A stretch of DNA of 44,731 nt from IMG/VR virus record IMGVR_UViG_3300035698_016751, one strand, 5' to 3'. A model generated the notes under the pieces. The model was given only the letters and a program-made list of their open reading frames with translations, did no database searches and was not told the DNA's origin. A program made the position numbers and the translations under genes. Positions 8,223 through 17,333 of the stretch are shown here, in pieces (position 1 is the first letter of the stretch; the number at the start of each line of letters is the position of its first letter). Origin of the DNA: a virus.

Positions 8223-9098
8223 ATGTCGAAACTCTCACCTGTCCTAACAATAGCAGATGGGTTCCATATGACTAAGGAAGTACTTCCTTTATCTTCTAAT
8301 TCATTTTTATAAGCAACACCAGTATAACCTTGTTCAATAAGTTTTTGTTTATCTGGTCCATGTTTGAAAGAATTTAGTTCTCCTTCTGACATGGGGTTTT
8401 CCATTCGATATATTTTAGAAACGTCTACTACTATTTCAAATGCTCTGGGCCGTTTCAAATCTCCCCCCGCAAATCTACCAATACCAAATTCTCCTGACAC
8501 TCTATTTTTTGCTGCATTATAAGTTCCTACGTGGAACCCACCTTCTCCGAAGTCAGAAATTTTAGCTACATTTAATTCTTTGGGAGACTTCATGGTTGCA
8601 TGATAGGCTGTCATATAACGAGTTGGTTTAGAAAGTAAGATATGGGATTTGTGATTATTTAAATTATGAGGTCTTTCAGAATCTTGTCCCTTATCGCTTA
8701 CGGTAAATCCGCCTCTGGTCATTTGAATAGCAGGATTTCTTTTGAAATCGTTTAGCAATCTAGTTAATTCAACAAATTGACCATTCTCATCTTTGTACAT
8801 CATTTCCATATCTTCTGGTTCATAGGTCAAGTCAAGACCATGTTTTTTAGCAAATAAAGTTGTAGAATAAAGGAGTTTGGATATTTCTTCTGTTGTATGT
8901 CCCGAGATGTTTTTCATTTCCCATATTTCGGCGGCGTTTCCTTTTTCGTGACTGGCCATGATTTGCATATTATCTTTTTTCATTCTAAAGTGAGATAATT
9001 TGCCATCCTTCTTCAAGTAATATTCAACTTCATAGTCCCCGAATTTTTCGGTTTGTTTACCACTTTTTTCTTCGACATATTGCTTGAAAGTATTCATT
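8219..9098 (-). CDS. hypothetical protein (293 aa). True start taken as the internal MNTFKQY Met, not the track start at 9316
   Basis: The 5' extension to 9316 is low-complexity and runs through the AT-rich divergent promoter region. The Met at 9098 gives MNTFKQYVEEK, mirroring the divergent neighbour. No family assigned. Confidence 0.45.
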
Positions 9099-9160
9099 AC
9101 GTTATATAGACTAAAATATTGTTGATTTATTTTGATTTTTTTGATAATATATACATGTAT

Positions 9161-9359
9161 GAATAGTTTTAAACAATATTTAGAAGCAAAAGATAAGAAA
9201 TGGGCACAAGAAGTTTCTAAAGATATCGAAGAGCGGGGAACCGAAGGCGTATGTACAGGTGACAAATTTGGCGGTCCAACTTGTCCCCCCGATAGTAAAC
9301 GATATAATTTAGCCAAAACTTTTAAAAAAATGGCTAAGAAAAAAAAGAAACAGAAGTAA
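9161..9359 (+). CDS. small basic protein (66 aa) with a KKKKKQK tail
   Basis: Starts MNSFKQYLEAKDKK, near-identical to the start of the divergent gene. Confidence 0.3.
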
Positions 9360-9361
9360 TT

Positions 9362-9997
9362 ATGCCATTATATAAATCGACGGCTTTAGTTCAATGGGAA
9401 TTCCAATTTGAAGGTTCTCAGGAAAAAGCATTAAAATCAGCGTTAGCACATTTAGAAGGAGTCCTTCCTGAAGATGTGTCTTTTCGTATCAAAATCAAAG
9501 AATCTAAATCAAAGAGGCGAACCGTTTTAGGTGAATTCGCACCAGAAGATATCTTTCCATATATCTCTTCGGATAAAATTGTACGTGAATATGAAATAGA
9601 TAATAAAACATATAAGGTGAGAATGAATTCGCAAAGATATTGCGTATTTCAAAAAGAACCATCTTGTGTTGCTTGTGGTATTGAAGGAAAGAAATTCTTG
9701 TTGGAACAATACAACAGTGACCGAAATCCTCATTTCAATTTTTATGCCGAAGAAAATGGCAAGAATATTTTGATGACGAAAGACCACATTTTAGCTAAAT
9801 CAAATGGTGGTTCTAATAAATTAGAAAATTATCAAACGATGTGTTCTGTTTGTAATAATCTAAAGGGAAATCTCCCGCTTTCTATAGAAGATGTAAGCGT
9901 ATTGAAGAAGTTGTTTGATGAAAATAAACGAATTCTTAGTCGTAAAGAATTAAACATTCTCTTGGACGAAACAAGAGAAAAACTTCTTGATAAGTAG
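9362..9997 (+). CDS. HNH endonuclease
   Basis: C-terminal KDHILAKSNGGSNKLENYQTMCSVCNNLKGN is a canonical HNH motif (H..N..N..C..CN). Confidence 0.7.
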   Translation: MPLYKSTALVQWEFQFEGSQEKALKSALAHLEGVLPEDVSFRIKIKESKSKRRTVLGEFAPEDIFPYISSDKIVREYEIDNKTYKVRMNSQRYCVFQKEPSCVACGIEGKKFLLEQYNSDRNPHFNFYAEENGKNILMTKDHILAKSNGGSNKLENYQTMCSVCNNLKGNLPLSIEDVSVLKKLFDENKRILSRKELNILLDETREKLLDK

Positions 9998-10075
9998 TTT
10001 ACAAATCTTTCTATTTGTTCTATCATGTATGAATGGAAATAATAGTAAAAATTATAGGGGTAATTCTGTATTTTT

Positions 10076-10525
10076 GTGTTGTGGGATACATGGCGTATCA
10101 ACTTTTTATCAAAGATAGCAATAGGTTTGATGATGTTTAAATCAACAGGGACATTACGTTATACCCATCAACGCTATAATTTGGTCCTTGATTGTGACCA
10201 TGAATTAGGTAGGTATTATCGTTCTTTAATAGCAAAAAAATGGTTGCTCAGAAGACCATCATGGAAAGAACATATCACTCTCATAAGAGGTCCGGTTGAG
10301 TTTGCTAGTCCTCCTGATAAAGAACTATGGGGTAAGTATCACGACCATGTTATCACGTTTGAGTATGAACCATTTATAAATACAAGAGAGCCAGAAGAAG
10401 GATATCTGAGATACTTCTGGTTGAATGTTTTATGCCCTCAGTTATTGGACATAAGAGAAGAGCTTGGATTGCCTCGACCACCATTATTCCCATTACATTT
10501 AACCATAGGTAATTTGTGGAAATAG
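10076..10525 (+). CDS. 2H phosphoesterase superfamily protein (LigT / cyclic phosphodiesterase-like). Probable start at ATG 10130
   Basis: Two H-x-T-x motifs with flanking hydrophobics (HITLIRG and HLTIGN) about 75 aa apart. Both the spacing and the context are typical of the 2H fold. Confidence 0.55.
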   Translation: MLWDTWRINFLSKIAIGLMMFKSTGTLRYTHQRYNLVLDCDHELGRYYRSLIAKKWLLRRPSWKEHITLIRGPVEFASPPDKELWGKYHDHVITFEYEPFINTREPEEGYLRYFWLNVLCPQLLDIREELGLPRPPLFPLHLTIGNLWK

Positions 10526-10535
10526 GTTTTTTAGG

Positions 10536-10563
10536 TTTACAACCATGAAGATTAGTCTATAAT
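10536..10563 (+). promoter_or_regulatory. sigma70-like promoter GGTTTACAA-N-GTCTATAAT
   Basis: -35 TTTACA at 10536-10541 and -10 TATAAT at 10558-10563 with a 16-nt spacer. Almost identical in extended sequence to the promoter at 25924-25951. Confidence 0.45.
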
Positions 10564-10614
10564 TCTAACTGACCGTATACTATATCCGACTAACGCAAAA
10601 CAAGGAGACCAACA

Positions 10615-12444
10615 ATGCGTATGTTTAAGATGTTTACAATGATGTTTGTGCTGGCTGCTGTGGCTGTTCCGATGATGGGACAGGCGAAACCCGCTTCGAT
10701 GTTCGCCGAGTTGGATAAAGTCCAAGTCCAGCCCGTAAAAGATACGGCTCAGAAGAGATTCGGTTGTATTACGTGGGGTGCTGATGCTGCTACGTTTCTG
10801 GCCAACGGCGGCTTGGAAACAACTAAGGATTCAGTCTATGGGAAGATGGGTCTGAATATTAAGCTCGTTAAGAGTGATGACCCTGTGGCTCAGGTTCGTA
10901 GTTATTTGGAAGGCGATACTCCGGTACTTCGTATGACTTCGAGAATGCTTGGGATGGCTAGTGAAAAGATTGGTCGTGACCCACGCACGAAGCCACATGT
11001 ATTCCTTCACCTTTCTTTTTCTCTTGGCGACCATATCGTTTCACGGGCCAACTTTAAGACCTTGAATGATATGAAGAAAAATGGTAATAAAAAATTCAGG
11101 ATTGCATGTCAGCAGGGTGGACCCCACGTTGGACTTATTTATGATGCACTGTCTGCTGCTGGAATCCCCAAAGACGATGTTGAAATTGTTTGGGTAAAAG
11201 ATTTGACTGGCCCCAATGGTCCTGCCGAGGCATTTAGGAAAGATGAAACAATTGATGCGTGTTGCGTCATTACTCCTGATATGCTTGGGTTGGTTGGTGA
11301 CGGCATCGGTTCAGGCAAAGAAGGAACAATTAAAGGCGCACATGTCCTTGTTTCGACAGCACAGATGTCTCGTTCGATAGCAGACGTATATGTGGTACGG
11401 GATGATTGGTATCAGAAGAATCGTGCTGTTATTGAGAAGTTCGTAGCTGGTTATCTGAAAAGTTGTGTCGATGTAGTAAAAATGAGAAATGATTTCGAAA
11501 AGACGGGTAAGCTTACGCCGCAGTATAAAAAATTGCTTACTACATGTCAGACAGTATTTGGAAAAGAAGTTATTCCTACGCTAGAAGTTGATGGTCATGG
11601 ATTGCTTCTTGATTGTGCCTTCGTTGGATTGCCGGGACAGATTGCGTTCTTCGAGGACGCTGGTAATCTGAATGGATTCGAAAAGAAAATGGCTTCGGCA
11701 TTGGACTTGGCAACGACTTGGGGTTACGCCTCTAAACGTTATGGTTTCAATCCATCTGGGTTGGAGTATAAAGCTATTGCAACACTTGCTGGAATTAAAT
11801 ACGAAACACCGAAGCGTACCAATCGTATTAAGGCTGAGTCCATCGACGTATTCCCCGGCAGTGAAATGGATGAGATTGTTTCTTTCACTATTCAATTCCA
11901 ACCGAATCAGGATAAGTTTTCAGTTGACCAGTATGGTGATGAATTCCGCCGTGCAATGAAGTTCGCAAGTACGTTTGGTAATGCGGCTGTAGTAGTGGAA
12001 GGCCATTCAGACCCGACAAAGACACTTGTGACTTTGCTGAAATCTGGAATTAAGAAGGGACTGATTAAAAGAACGGGTACGAAAGCAAAGGGATATAGTT
12101 ACTTCCTTTCTGGAAAGCCTCTTGATTTGAAGCAAACAGGTAATATTGTCGAAATGATTAAGAGTGGAGCTTTCGGCGAGGATGCTGGTAACACGATGCA
12201 AGCTGCATTGAACCTGTCGGCTGTTCGTGCAAGTACAGTTAAGGCTTCCATTGTGAAAATGGCTGCTGCTGAAAAGATTACGTTTGATGCAAGTCAAATT
12301 AAGCATGTGGGTGCTGGCATCATGAAGCCTGTCGTATCTAAGCCAAGAAATATTGCAGAAGCAAAGCAAAATATGCGAGTCGAAATTCGAGTGATTAAAA
12401 TCCCCGCCGAAGCAATCAACAGCAGTGAAGATTTTGATTATTAA
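10615..12444 (+). CDS. secreted NMT1/SsuA-like substrate-binding-domain protein fused to a C-terminal OmpA-like peptidoglycan-binding domain (609 aa)
   Basis: Sec signal peptide MRMFKMFTMMFVLAAVAVPMMGQA. The central region has SBP-like periodicity of the NitT/TauT family type. The C-terminal VVVEGHSDPT...LSAVRASTVK...RVEIRVIK fits an OmpA_C-like domain. Strong AAGGAG SD. Confidence 0.55.
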   Translation: MRMFKMFTMMFVLAAVAVPMMGQAKPASMFAELDKVQVQPVKDTAQKRFGCITWGADAATFLANGGLETTKDSVYGKMGLNIKLVKSDDPVAQVRSYLEGDTPVLRMTSRMLGMASEKIGRDPRTKPHVFLHLSFSLGDHIVSRANFKTLNDMKKNGNKKFRIACQQGGPHVGLIYDALSAAGIPKDDVEIVWVKDLTGPNGPAEAFRKDETIDACCVITPDMLGLVGDGIGSGKEGTIKGAHVLVSTAQMSRSIADVYVVRDDWYQKNRAVIEKFVAGYLKSCVDVVKMRNDFEKTGKLTPQYKKLLTTCQTVFGKEVIPTLEVDGHGLLLDCAFVGLPGQIAFFEDAGNLNGFEKKMASALDLATTWGYASKRYGFNPSGLEYKAIATLAGIKYETPKRTNRIKAESIDVFPGSEMDEIVSFTIQFQPNQDKFSVDQYGDEFRRAMKFASTFGNAAVVVEGHSDPTKTLVTLLKSGIKKGLIKRTGTKAKGYSYFLSGKPLDLKQTGNIVEMIKSGAFGEDAGNTMQAALNLSAVRASTVKASIVKMAAAEKITFDASQIKHVGAGIMKPVVSKPRNIAEAKQNMRVEIRVIKIPAEAINSSEDFDY

Positions 12445-12493
12445 ACAACGACGATAACTGGTCACAATAAAACCTCGATGGAGATTTGAAATC

Positions 12494-13372
12494 ATGAAAA
12501 TGAAAAGTATTTTAGCTACGGCTCTTGTGTTTATCTTGAGTACGGTAGTAATGGCAGAACAAAACGTAGTAATAGTGTTGGATGATTCTGGGTCGATGAA
12601 TGACCCGATGCGAAAGAATGGCAAGGTTCTAAGAATCAATGCGGCGAAGACGGCACTCCATACAGTAGTCAACCAGATTTCCCCTGACACAAAAGTTGGC
12701 ATTGTTCTTTTGAACAAAGGTTGGATTGTTCCTCTTTCTAAAATTAACAAAGTAGACTTGAACAATAAAATCGACTCTATTGTTCCGGCTGGTGGAACTG
12801 AGCTTGGAAAAAGTATGAAAATCGGAGCGGATGCTCTTCTGACTGTAAGAGCGAAAGAAGGGGTCGGTGTTTATAAGCTCTTGATTGTAACAGATGGAGA
12901 AGAAAGTGATACGGCATTAGTAAACAAGTATCTGCCCGATATGATACGGAAACGAATAACCGTGGATGTGATTGGCGTAGATATGAAGGGCAATCATAGT
13001 TTGGCTACCAAAGTCAATCAGGGCCGATACAAAAGTGCTGATGATGTTAAGGCAATCACCGCTGCAATTTCAAATGTGTTTGCTGAAAGCACAGGCGGCG
13101 CAGATGATATCGGAGATTATGAAGTAATTGCAGCAATCCCAGATGAAATTGCTAAGTCCGCTATTATGGCATTGACACATACTGACAATACCCTTATCGG
13201 TGAAAAACCCAAAACTGCCAGTGCTAAAGCTAGAGCCAGAGCATCTGTTGTAACGGGTCAGGAAACGATTGAGGGAATGGGTGTTGGTTGGTGGGTTATT
13301 ATCATAATGGGTTCAATAATAGGCATGATTGCTATCGTTCTAATCGGCAAAGAAATTGGGCTAATATCATAA
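12494..13372 (+). CDS. von Willebrand factor A (vWA) domain membrane protein
   Basis: Signal/TM segment at the N-terminus. The vWA MIDAS motif is VVIVLDDSGSM, with later TDGEE. C-terminal TM anchor WWVIIIMGSIIGMIAIVLI. Confidence 0.65.
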   Translation: MKMKSILATALVFILSTVVMAEQNVVIVLDDSGSMNDPMRKNGKVLRINAAKTALHTVVNQISPDTKVGIVLLNKGWIVPLSKINKVDLNNKIDSIVPAGGTELGKSMKIGADALLTVRAKEGVGVYKLLIVTDGEESDTALVNKYLPDMIRKRITVDVIGVDMKGNHSLATKVNQGRYKSADDVKAITAAISNVFAESTGGADDIGDYEVIAAIPDEIAKSAIMALTHTDNTLIGEKPKTASAKARARASVVTGQETIEGMGVGWWVIIIMGSIIGMIAIVLIGKEIGLIS

Positions 13373-13383
13373 GGGGCTTAAAA

Positions 13384-14913
13384 ATGGCAAGAGGTAAATT
13401 TGTAGCAGCAGTAATTGTTTTTATGGTCTTCGTTGGTATCGCTTCAGGCGTGTATAAGTTGTGGCTTGTCCCTACTAAGGAACGAGCGGATGAAAAGATA
13501 CAGGCAAAGAAAGACGAAACCGAAGCCAAAGAAAAACAGGAACTTATGAACCTAACTAGTTCTGATTCTCGATACGATTACAACATTAACTTTGCTATTG
13601 ATTCATTCAGTGGTTATGCGGTGTGTCGTTCTGAAACATTCAAAAAGGAACTGACCAATCGAAGAATCAAATTGAATCTTGTCGATGATGGTGCAGATTA
13701 TGCGTCACGGCTACAGAAGTTAAAATCGGGCGATATTCAAATGGGCGTTTTCACTATTGATGCCCTTATTAAAGCCTGTGCTGATGATAAGTCTGTTCCA
13801 GCTAGTATCGTGTATATTGTTGATGAAACAAGAGGCGCAGATGCTATGGTGGCTTACAAAGATGCGTTCCCGAATTTGGATGCATTGAATGACCCAGATG
13901 TAAAATTTATTCTTCCAAAAGGCTCTCCTGCTGAAACACTTGCTAGGGTTGTAATGTCGAATTTCAATCTTAGGAATTTGAAAAACAATCCTTTTATCTT
14001 CGTAAAGGATGCCAAAGCTGTTTATGAGGCGTATAGAAAAGCGAAGCCCGGAGATAAGAATATCTTTGTTCTTTGGGAACCGTATGTGACAAAACTTCTT
14101 GAAAATCCGAATACGCATGTTCTTGTGGATAGCGGTAGATTTCGGGGTTACATTGTTGATGTAATTGTGGCCAATAGAGATTTCCTTGCAAAGAACAAGG
14201 AAGTAGTTCAGACATTTGTTGAGTCGTATTGTCGCTCATACTATAAGAAGAGCGGAATGATGCTGCCAGTTGTTATTGAAGATGCTAAAAAATCAGGACA
14301 ACCTCTTAGTCCAAAAGCGGGTAAACGTCTTGTAGATGGTGTTTGGTGGAAGACTACACCAGAAAATAATATTCACATGGGTCTTGTAGAAGGTGAACTT
14401 CAACATATAGAAGATATAATTTTGAATATTACCAAGGTGCTGAAAACAACAGGTGCCATTGACACAGACCCAACAGACGGAAATCCTAATATTCTTTATT
14501 TTAAAGGTATTCAGGAACAGATGATAAAAAATAATTTCCGTCCCGGCATGGCTGATGAATCAGTGCGAGAAGATAAAATTATTCTTTCTGCACTATCAGA
14601 TAAACAATGGGAAGACTTGATTCCTATTGGTCAGTTGGATGTTCAACCTGTAGTGTTTGGTCGTGGTACAAGTCGAATTTCCTCTATGGGAAAAAATGTA
14701 TTAAAAAATCTTATGGAAACACTAAAAACGTGTCCTAAGTTTTACGTTCTAATTCGTGGTAACGGCGGTGATGCTGAATTGGCAAACAGTCGTGCAACGG
14801 CAGTAAAAGAATTCCTGATTTCGAATGGGGTAGGCAAGAACAGGGTTCGTGCAATAGCTGGAAAACCGTCTAACTCTACTTCTGTGGACTTTGTATTAGG
14901 GCAACAGTTCTAA
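13384..14913 (+). CDS. membrane-anchored NMT1/SsuA-like substrate-binding-domain protein with a C-terminal OmpA-like domain (509 aa)
   Basis: Start reassigned to ATG 13384 (AAGGGG SD), because the track start at 13288 overlaps the vWA gene. N-terminal TM FVAAVIVFMVFVGIASG. SBP-like core. C-terminal YVLIRGNGGDAELANSRATAVKEFLISNGVGKNRVRAIAGKP is OmpA-like. Confidence 0.5.
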   Translation: MARGKFVAAVIVFMVFVGIASGVYKLWLVPTKERADEKIQAKKDETEAKEKQELMNLTSSDSRYDYNINFAIDSFSGYAVCRSETFKKELTNRRIKLNLVDDGADYASRLQKLKSGDIQMGVFTIDALIKACADDKSVPASIVYIVDETRGADAMVAYKDAFPNLDALNDPDVKFILPKGSPAETLARVVMSNFNLRNLKNNPFIFVKDAKAVYEAYRKAKPGDKNIFVLWEPYVTKLLENPNTHVLVDSGRFRGYIVDVIVANRDFLAKNKEVVQTFVESYCRSYYKKSGMMLPVVIEDAKKSGQPLSPKAGKRLVDGVWWKTTPENNIHMGLVEGELQHIEDIILNITKVLKTTGAIDTDPTDGNPNILYFKGIQEQMIKNNFRPGMADESVREDKIILSALSDKQWEDLIPIGQLDVQPVVFGRGTSRISSMGKNVLKNLMETLKTCPKFYVLIRGNGGDAELANSRATAVKEFLISNGVGKNRVRAIAGKPSNSTSVDFVLGQQF

Positions 14914-15656
14914 TGGATGATGTAAAGAAAAAAGTATTATTGGATTTGACTTCTTCTCCGGTATCCCTTGGACCTTTGACGATAGGTATATGCCTATTGA
15001 TGGGTGCGTGGGCATTGAGTAGTTCATTTATTGGGTTTCTTGGTGTTTGTGGGATTCTAGCTGGTGCAGCTATGTTCATTATTCGATTAATTTTTCAAAT
15101 GGACAAGTTGACAGCACAGGCCCAGAAGTGGCGGTTAAGTAGCGACTCAAAGAAAAGAGAAATAAAGCTTGACGAACTTGATAATAAACTTTGTAATGAT
15201 TTAGACCCTCGAACAGAAACAGCATTGAGAGACCTGCGTGAGTTACATGCTGATTTCAAAAAACACATTCGTAATGGCACAATAAAAGGACAAATTGGTT
15301 CAATAATTGGCGATAGCGTAGATACTTTGTTCCATGGTTGTGTAGCTCAATTAAGTCAGTCTTTTGAAATGTTCAAAGCGGCAAGAACGATGCATGGGAA
15401 ACAAAGAACCGAAATTAGTAAACAAAGAAAAGCAATTGTTGATGATGTAGTAAAAAGCATTGAAGAACTAGGAATGACAATTTCTAAGTGTTTCAAACTG
15501 GCGACTCATAAAATTTCTGACATGGCACAGGCACGAAAAGAATTACAACTGACCATGGAATCGGTAGCAAGAGCAGAACAACAAACAGAAGATATCATAA
15601 ACGGTAATCCCGATTATGATGAGGATGAATTCCTACAAGAAGTACCAGAAGAATAA
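14913..15656 (+). CDS. membrane protein with a cytoplasmic coiled coil (247 aa)
   Basis: Two TM helices near the N-terminus, then a coiled-coil region. ATG overlaps the upstream stop (TAATGG). Confidence 0.4.
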   Translation: MDDVKKKVLLDLTSSPVSLGPLTIGICLLMGAWALSSSFIGFLGVCGILAGAAMFIIRLIFQMDKLTAQAQKWRLSSDSKKREIKLDELDNKLCNDLDPRTETALRDLRELHADFKKHIRNGTIKGQIGSIIGDSVDTLFHGCVAQLSQSFEMFKAARTMHGKQRTEISKQRKAIVDDVVKSIEELGMTISKCFKLATHKISDMAQARKELQLTMESVARAEQQTEDIINGNPDYDEDEFLQEVPEE

Positions 15657-15659
15657 AAC

Positions 15660-16157
15660 ATGAACGAATCAATTGCACAATTTTTGGTCCAAAATGATGA
15701 AGATGACAACGATGTGTTAAATCGTCCGTTATTTGATGTCAACATGCGGCTTTATAAAAACAATGTACATTATCGTACTGTAATTAATGATGCAATACGA
15801 TATATGGTATTTGTCCTGAAACAAAAATTTAATGATTATGGTAAGTTAAAAGGTATTTCTGGGGCTAACTTAGGCATTCCTTGGAACATTATCGCTTATT
15901 ATAATAATTCAGTGATGGTAATGATTAATCCTAAAATCACTGAAGCATGGTCCCCCGTTAAAGTGCTGAGCAATTGTGGTTCTTTGCGGCTTCCAGAAAG
16001 CATTAAGGTAGAACGACATGCCTTTATCATTTGTGAATGGTATGATACCAGTGGACAGTTACATAAAAAGGAATATGATAGAGACCAAGGTAGTCTGACA
16101 ATACAACATGAAGTTGAACACAACCAAGGCGTTTTAATAACACAAAAAGGACTATAA
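15660..16157 (+). CDS. def: peptide deformylase
   Basis: All three PDF motifs are present: GISGANLGIPW (G.G.AA.Q), SNCGSLRLP (EGCLS with the Cys ligand) and QHEVEHNQG (QHE.DHL.G, the HExxH metal site). Confidence 0.7.
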   Translation: MNESIAQFLVQNDEDDNDVLNRPLFDVNMRLYKNNVHYRTVINDAIRYMVFVLKQKFNDYGKLKGISGANLGIPWNIIAYYNNSVMVMINPKITEAWSPVKVLSNCGSLRLPESIKVERHAFIICEWYDTSGQLHKKEYDRDQGSLTIQHEVEHNQGVLITQKGL

Positions 16158-16303
16158 ATGTTTCAAAGATGGGTTAAGAATCTTTTCGTTAGAAATAAGG
16201 CTTATAAGGCTGATAAGGCAAGAACTGTGTTCTTTCAAAAAGCTAGTAAAAGAATAGCACAAGAAGTAGAAATGCGGCAGGCAAAATTTTTATTAGATTA
16301 TCG

Positions 16304-16331
16304 TTTACAGGAATAAAAAAAGTCCTACAAT
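16304..16331 (+). promoter_or_regulatory. sigma70-like promoter TTTACA-N16-TACAAT
   Basis: -35 at 16304-16309 and -10 at 16326-16331, about 50 bp upstream of ATG 16381. Confidence 0.4.
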
Positions 16332-16380
16332 ATAAACAACCAAGACGTATCGTGTAACTTAAAAAGGAAAAGGAATCACA

Positions 16381-17193
16381 ATGTTTAAAGCACTTTTTAG
16401 ATGGATTAAGGGAATCAAGTATCTATGGACTGGCAAGATTGATAAGGCCCGTGAAGAACTTGATATGAACCCGCATGTCATGAATGCCACGTATGATGAA
16501 ATTCTTGAACAGAAAAAGAATAGAATTCATCATTACAAAGACGCCATTTCTGCGATGGTTCACAGCAACGAGAAAAAGAAACAAATTCTCACAAATCTGA
16601 CGGAAGATGTCCAAAGACTTGAGAAACTGAAAAAGGGCGCAGCCGCAAAAGCCAAGAAAGTTGCCGCTACTCATAATGGTGTAAAAGCCGCATGTATGGC
16701 TGACCCTGAGTACGTAAGATGCTCTTCAGCGTACACCGACTTCTCTTCTACGCTAGAAGAAAAGCTAAACAGAATCACTGAACTCGAAGCCGATATTGAA
16801 GAGAAACTCCAAAATATCGACGGACATAAAATTCAAATCAAGAATCTCATCCGTGACCGTAAAAAGATTCAGGAAGAGAAGCACGAAGCTGTTGCAGATG
16901 TCCAAGGCGCACAGCACGAAAAAGAAATTGCGGATATGCTTACGGGCATCGCCAACGATACAACTTCCGCAGACCTTCAGCGTATGCGTGATATGCGTGG
17001 GAAAGCAAAGGCTAATGCTAAAGTCAGCAGCGAACTCGCAGGTCTGGATACTGATAGAGAAGAGTCTGACTTCCTTGAAGAAATTGCTGCTTCCGAATCT
17101 AATAGCGAATTCGAAAGCCTGATGGATTTCCAAGAAGACGAAGCGGAAGAAGGGATTGCGGCTCCGATAGAAGAAACTCAAATACCTGAATAA
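16381..17193 (+). CDS. PspA/IM30 (Vipp1/ESCRT-III-like) family coiled-coil protein
   Basis: The N-terminal amphipathic MFKALFRWIKGIKYLW and the 250-aa heptad coiled coil with an acidic tail resemble PspA ([25 protein letters not shown]...). Confidence 0.4.
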   Translation: MFKALFRWIKGIKYLWTGKIDKAREELDMNPHVMNATYDEILEQKKNRIHHYKDAISAMVHSNEKKKQILTNLTEDVQRLEKLKKGAAAKAKKVAATHNGVKAACMADPEYVRCSSAYTDFSSTLEEKLNRITELEADIEEKLQNIDGHKIQIKNLIRDRKKIQEEKHEAVADVQGAQHEKEIADMLTGIANDTTSADLQRMRDMRGKAKANAKVSSELAGLDTDREESDFLEEIAASESNSEFESLMDFQEDEAEEGIAAPIEETQIPE

Positions 17194-17333
17194 TAAGGAA
17201 TAATAAAAATGGGTAAAGGAAGAGATACAAGACCGAAGAAGAGTAAGAAGAAAAAAGAGAAGAAAATAAAGCCGAAAAAGTAATCGTGCCAAATTAATTG
17301 GCTTCCAAAATGTTCTATTGAAAGGGACTAGTA

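Noticed and set aside
9132-9359. Track start 9132 for the small plus-strand gene, and track start 9316 for the minus-strand gene.
   Set aside because: Both extensions run through the AT-rich divergent spacer. The internal Mets at 9161 and 9098 give the conserved MN(S/T)FKQY starts.
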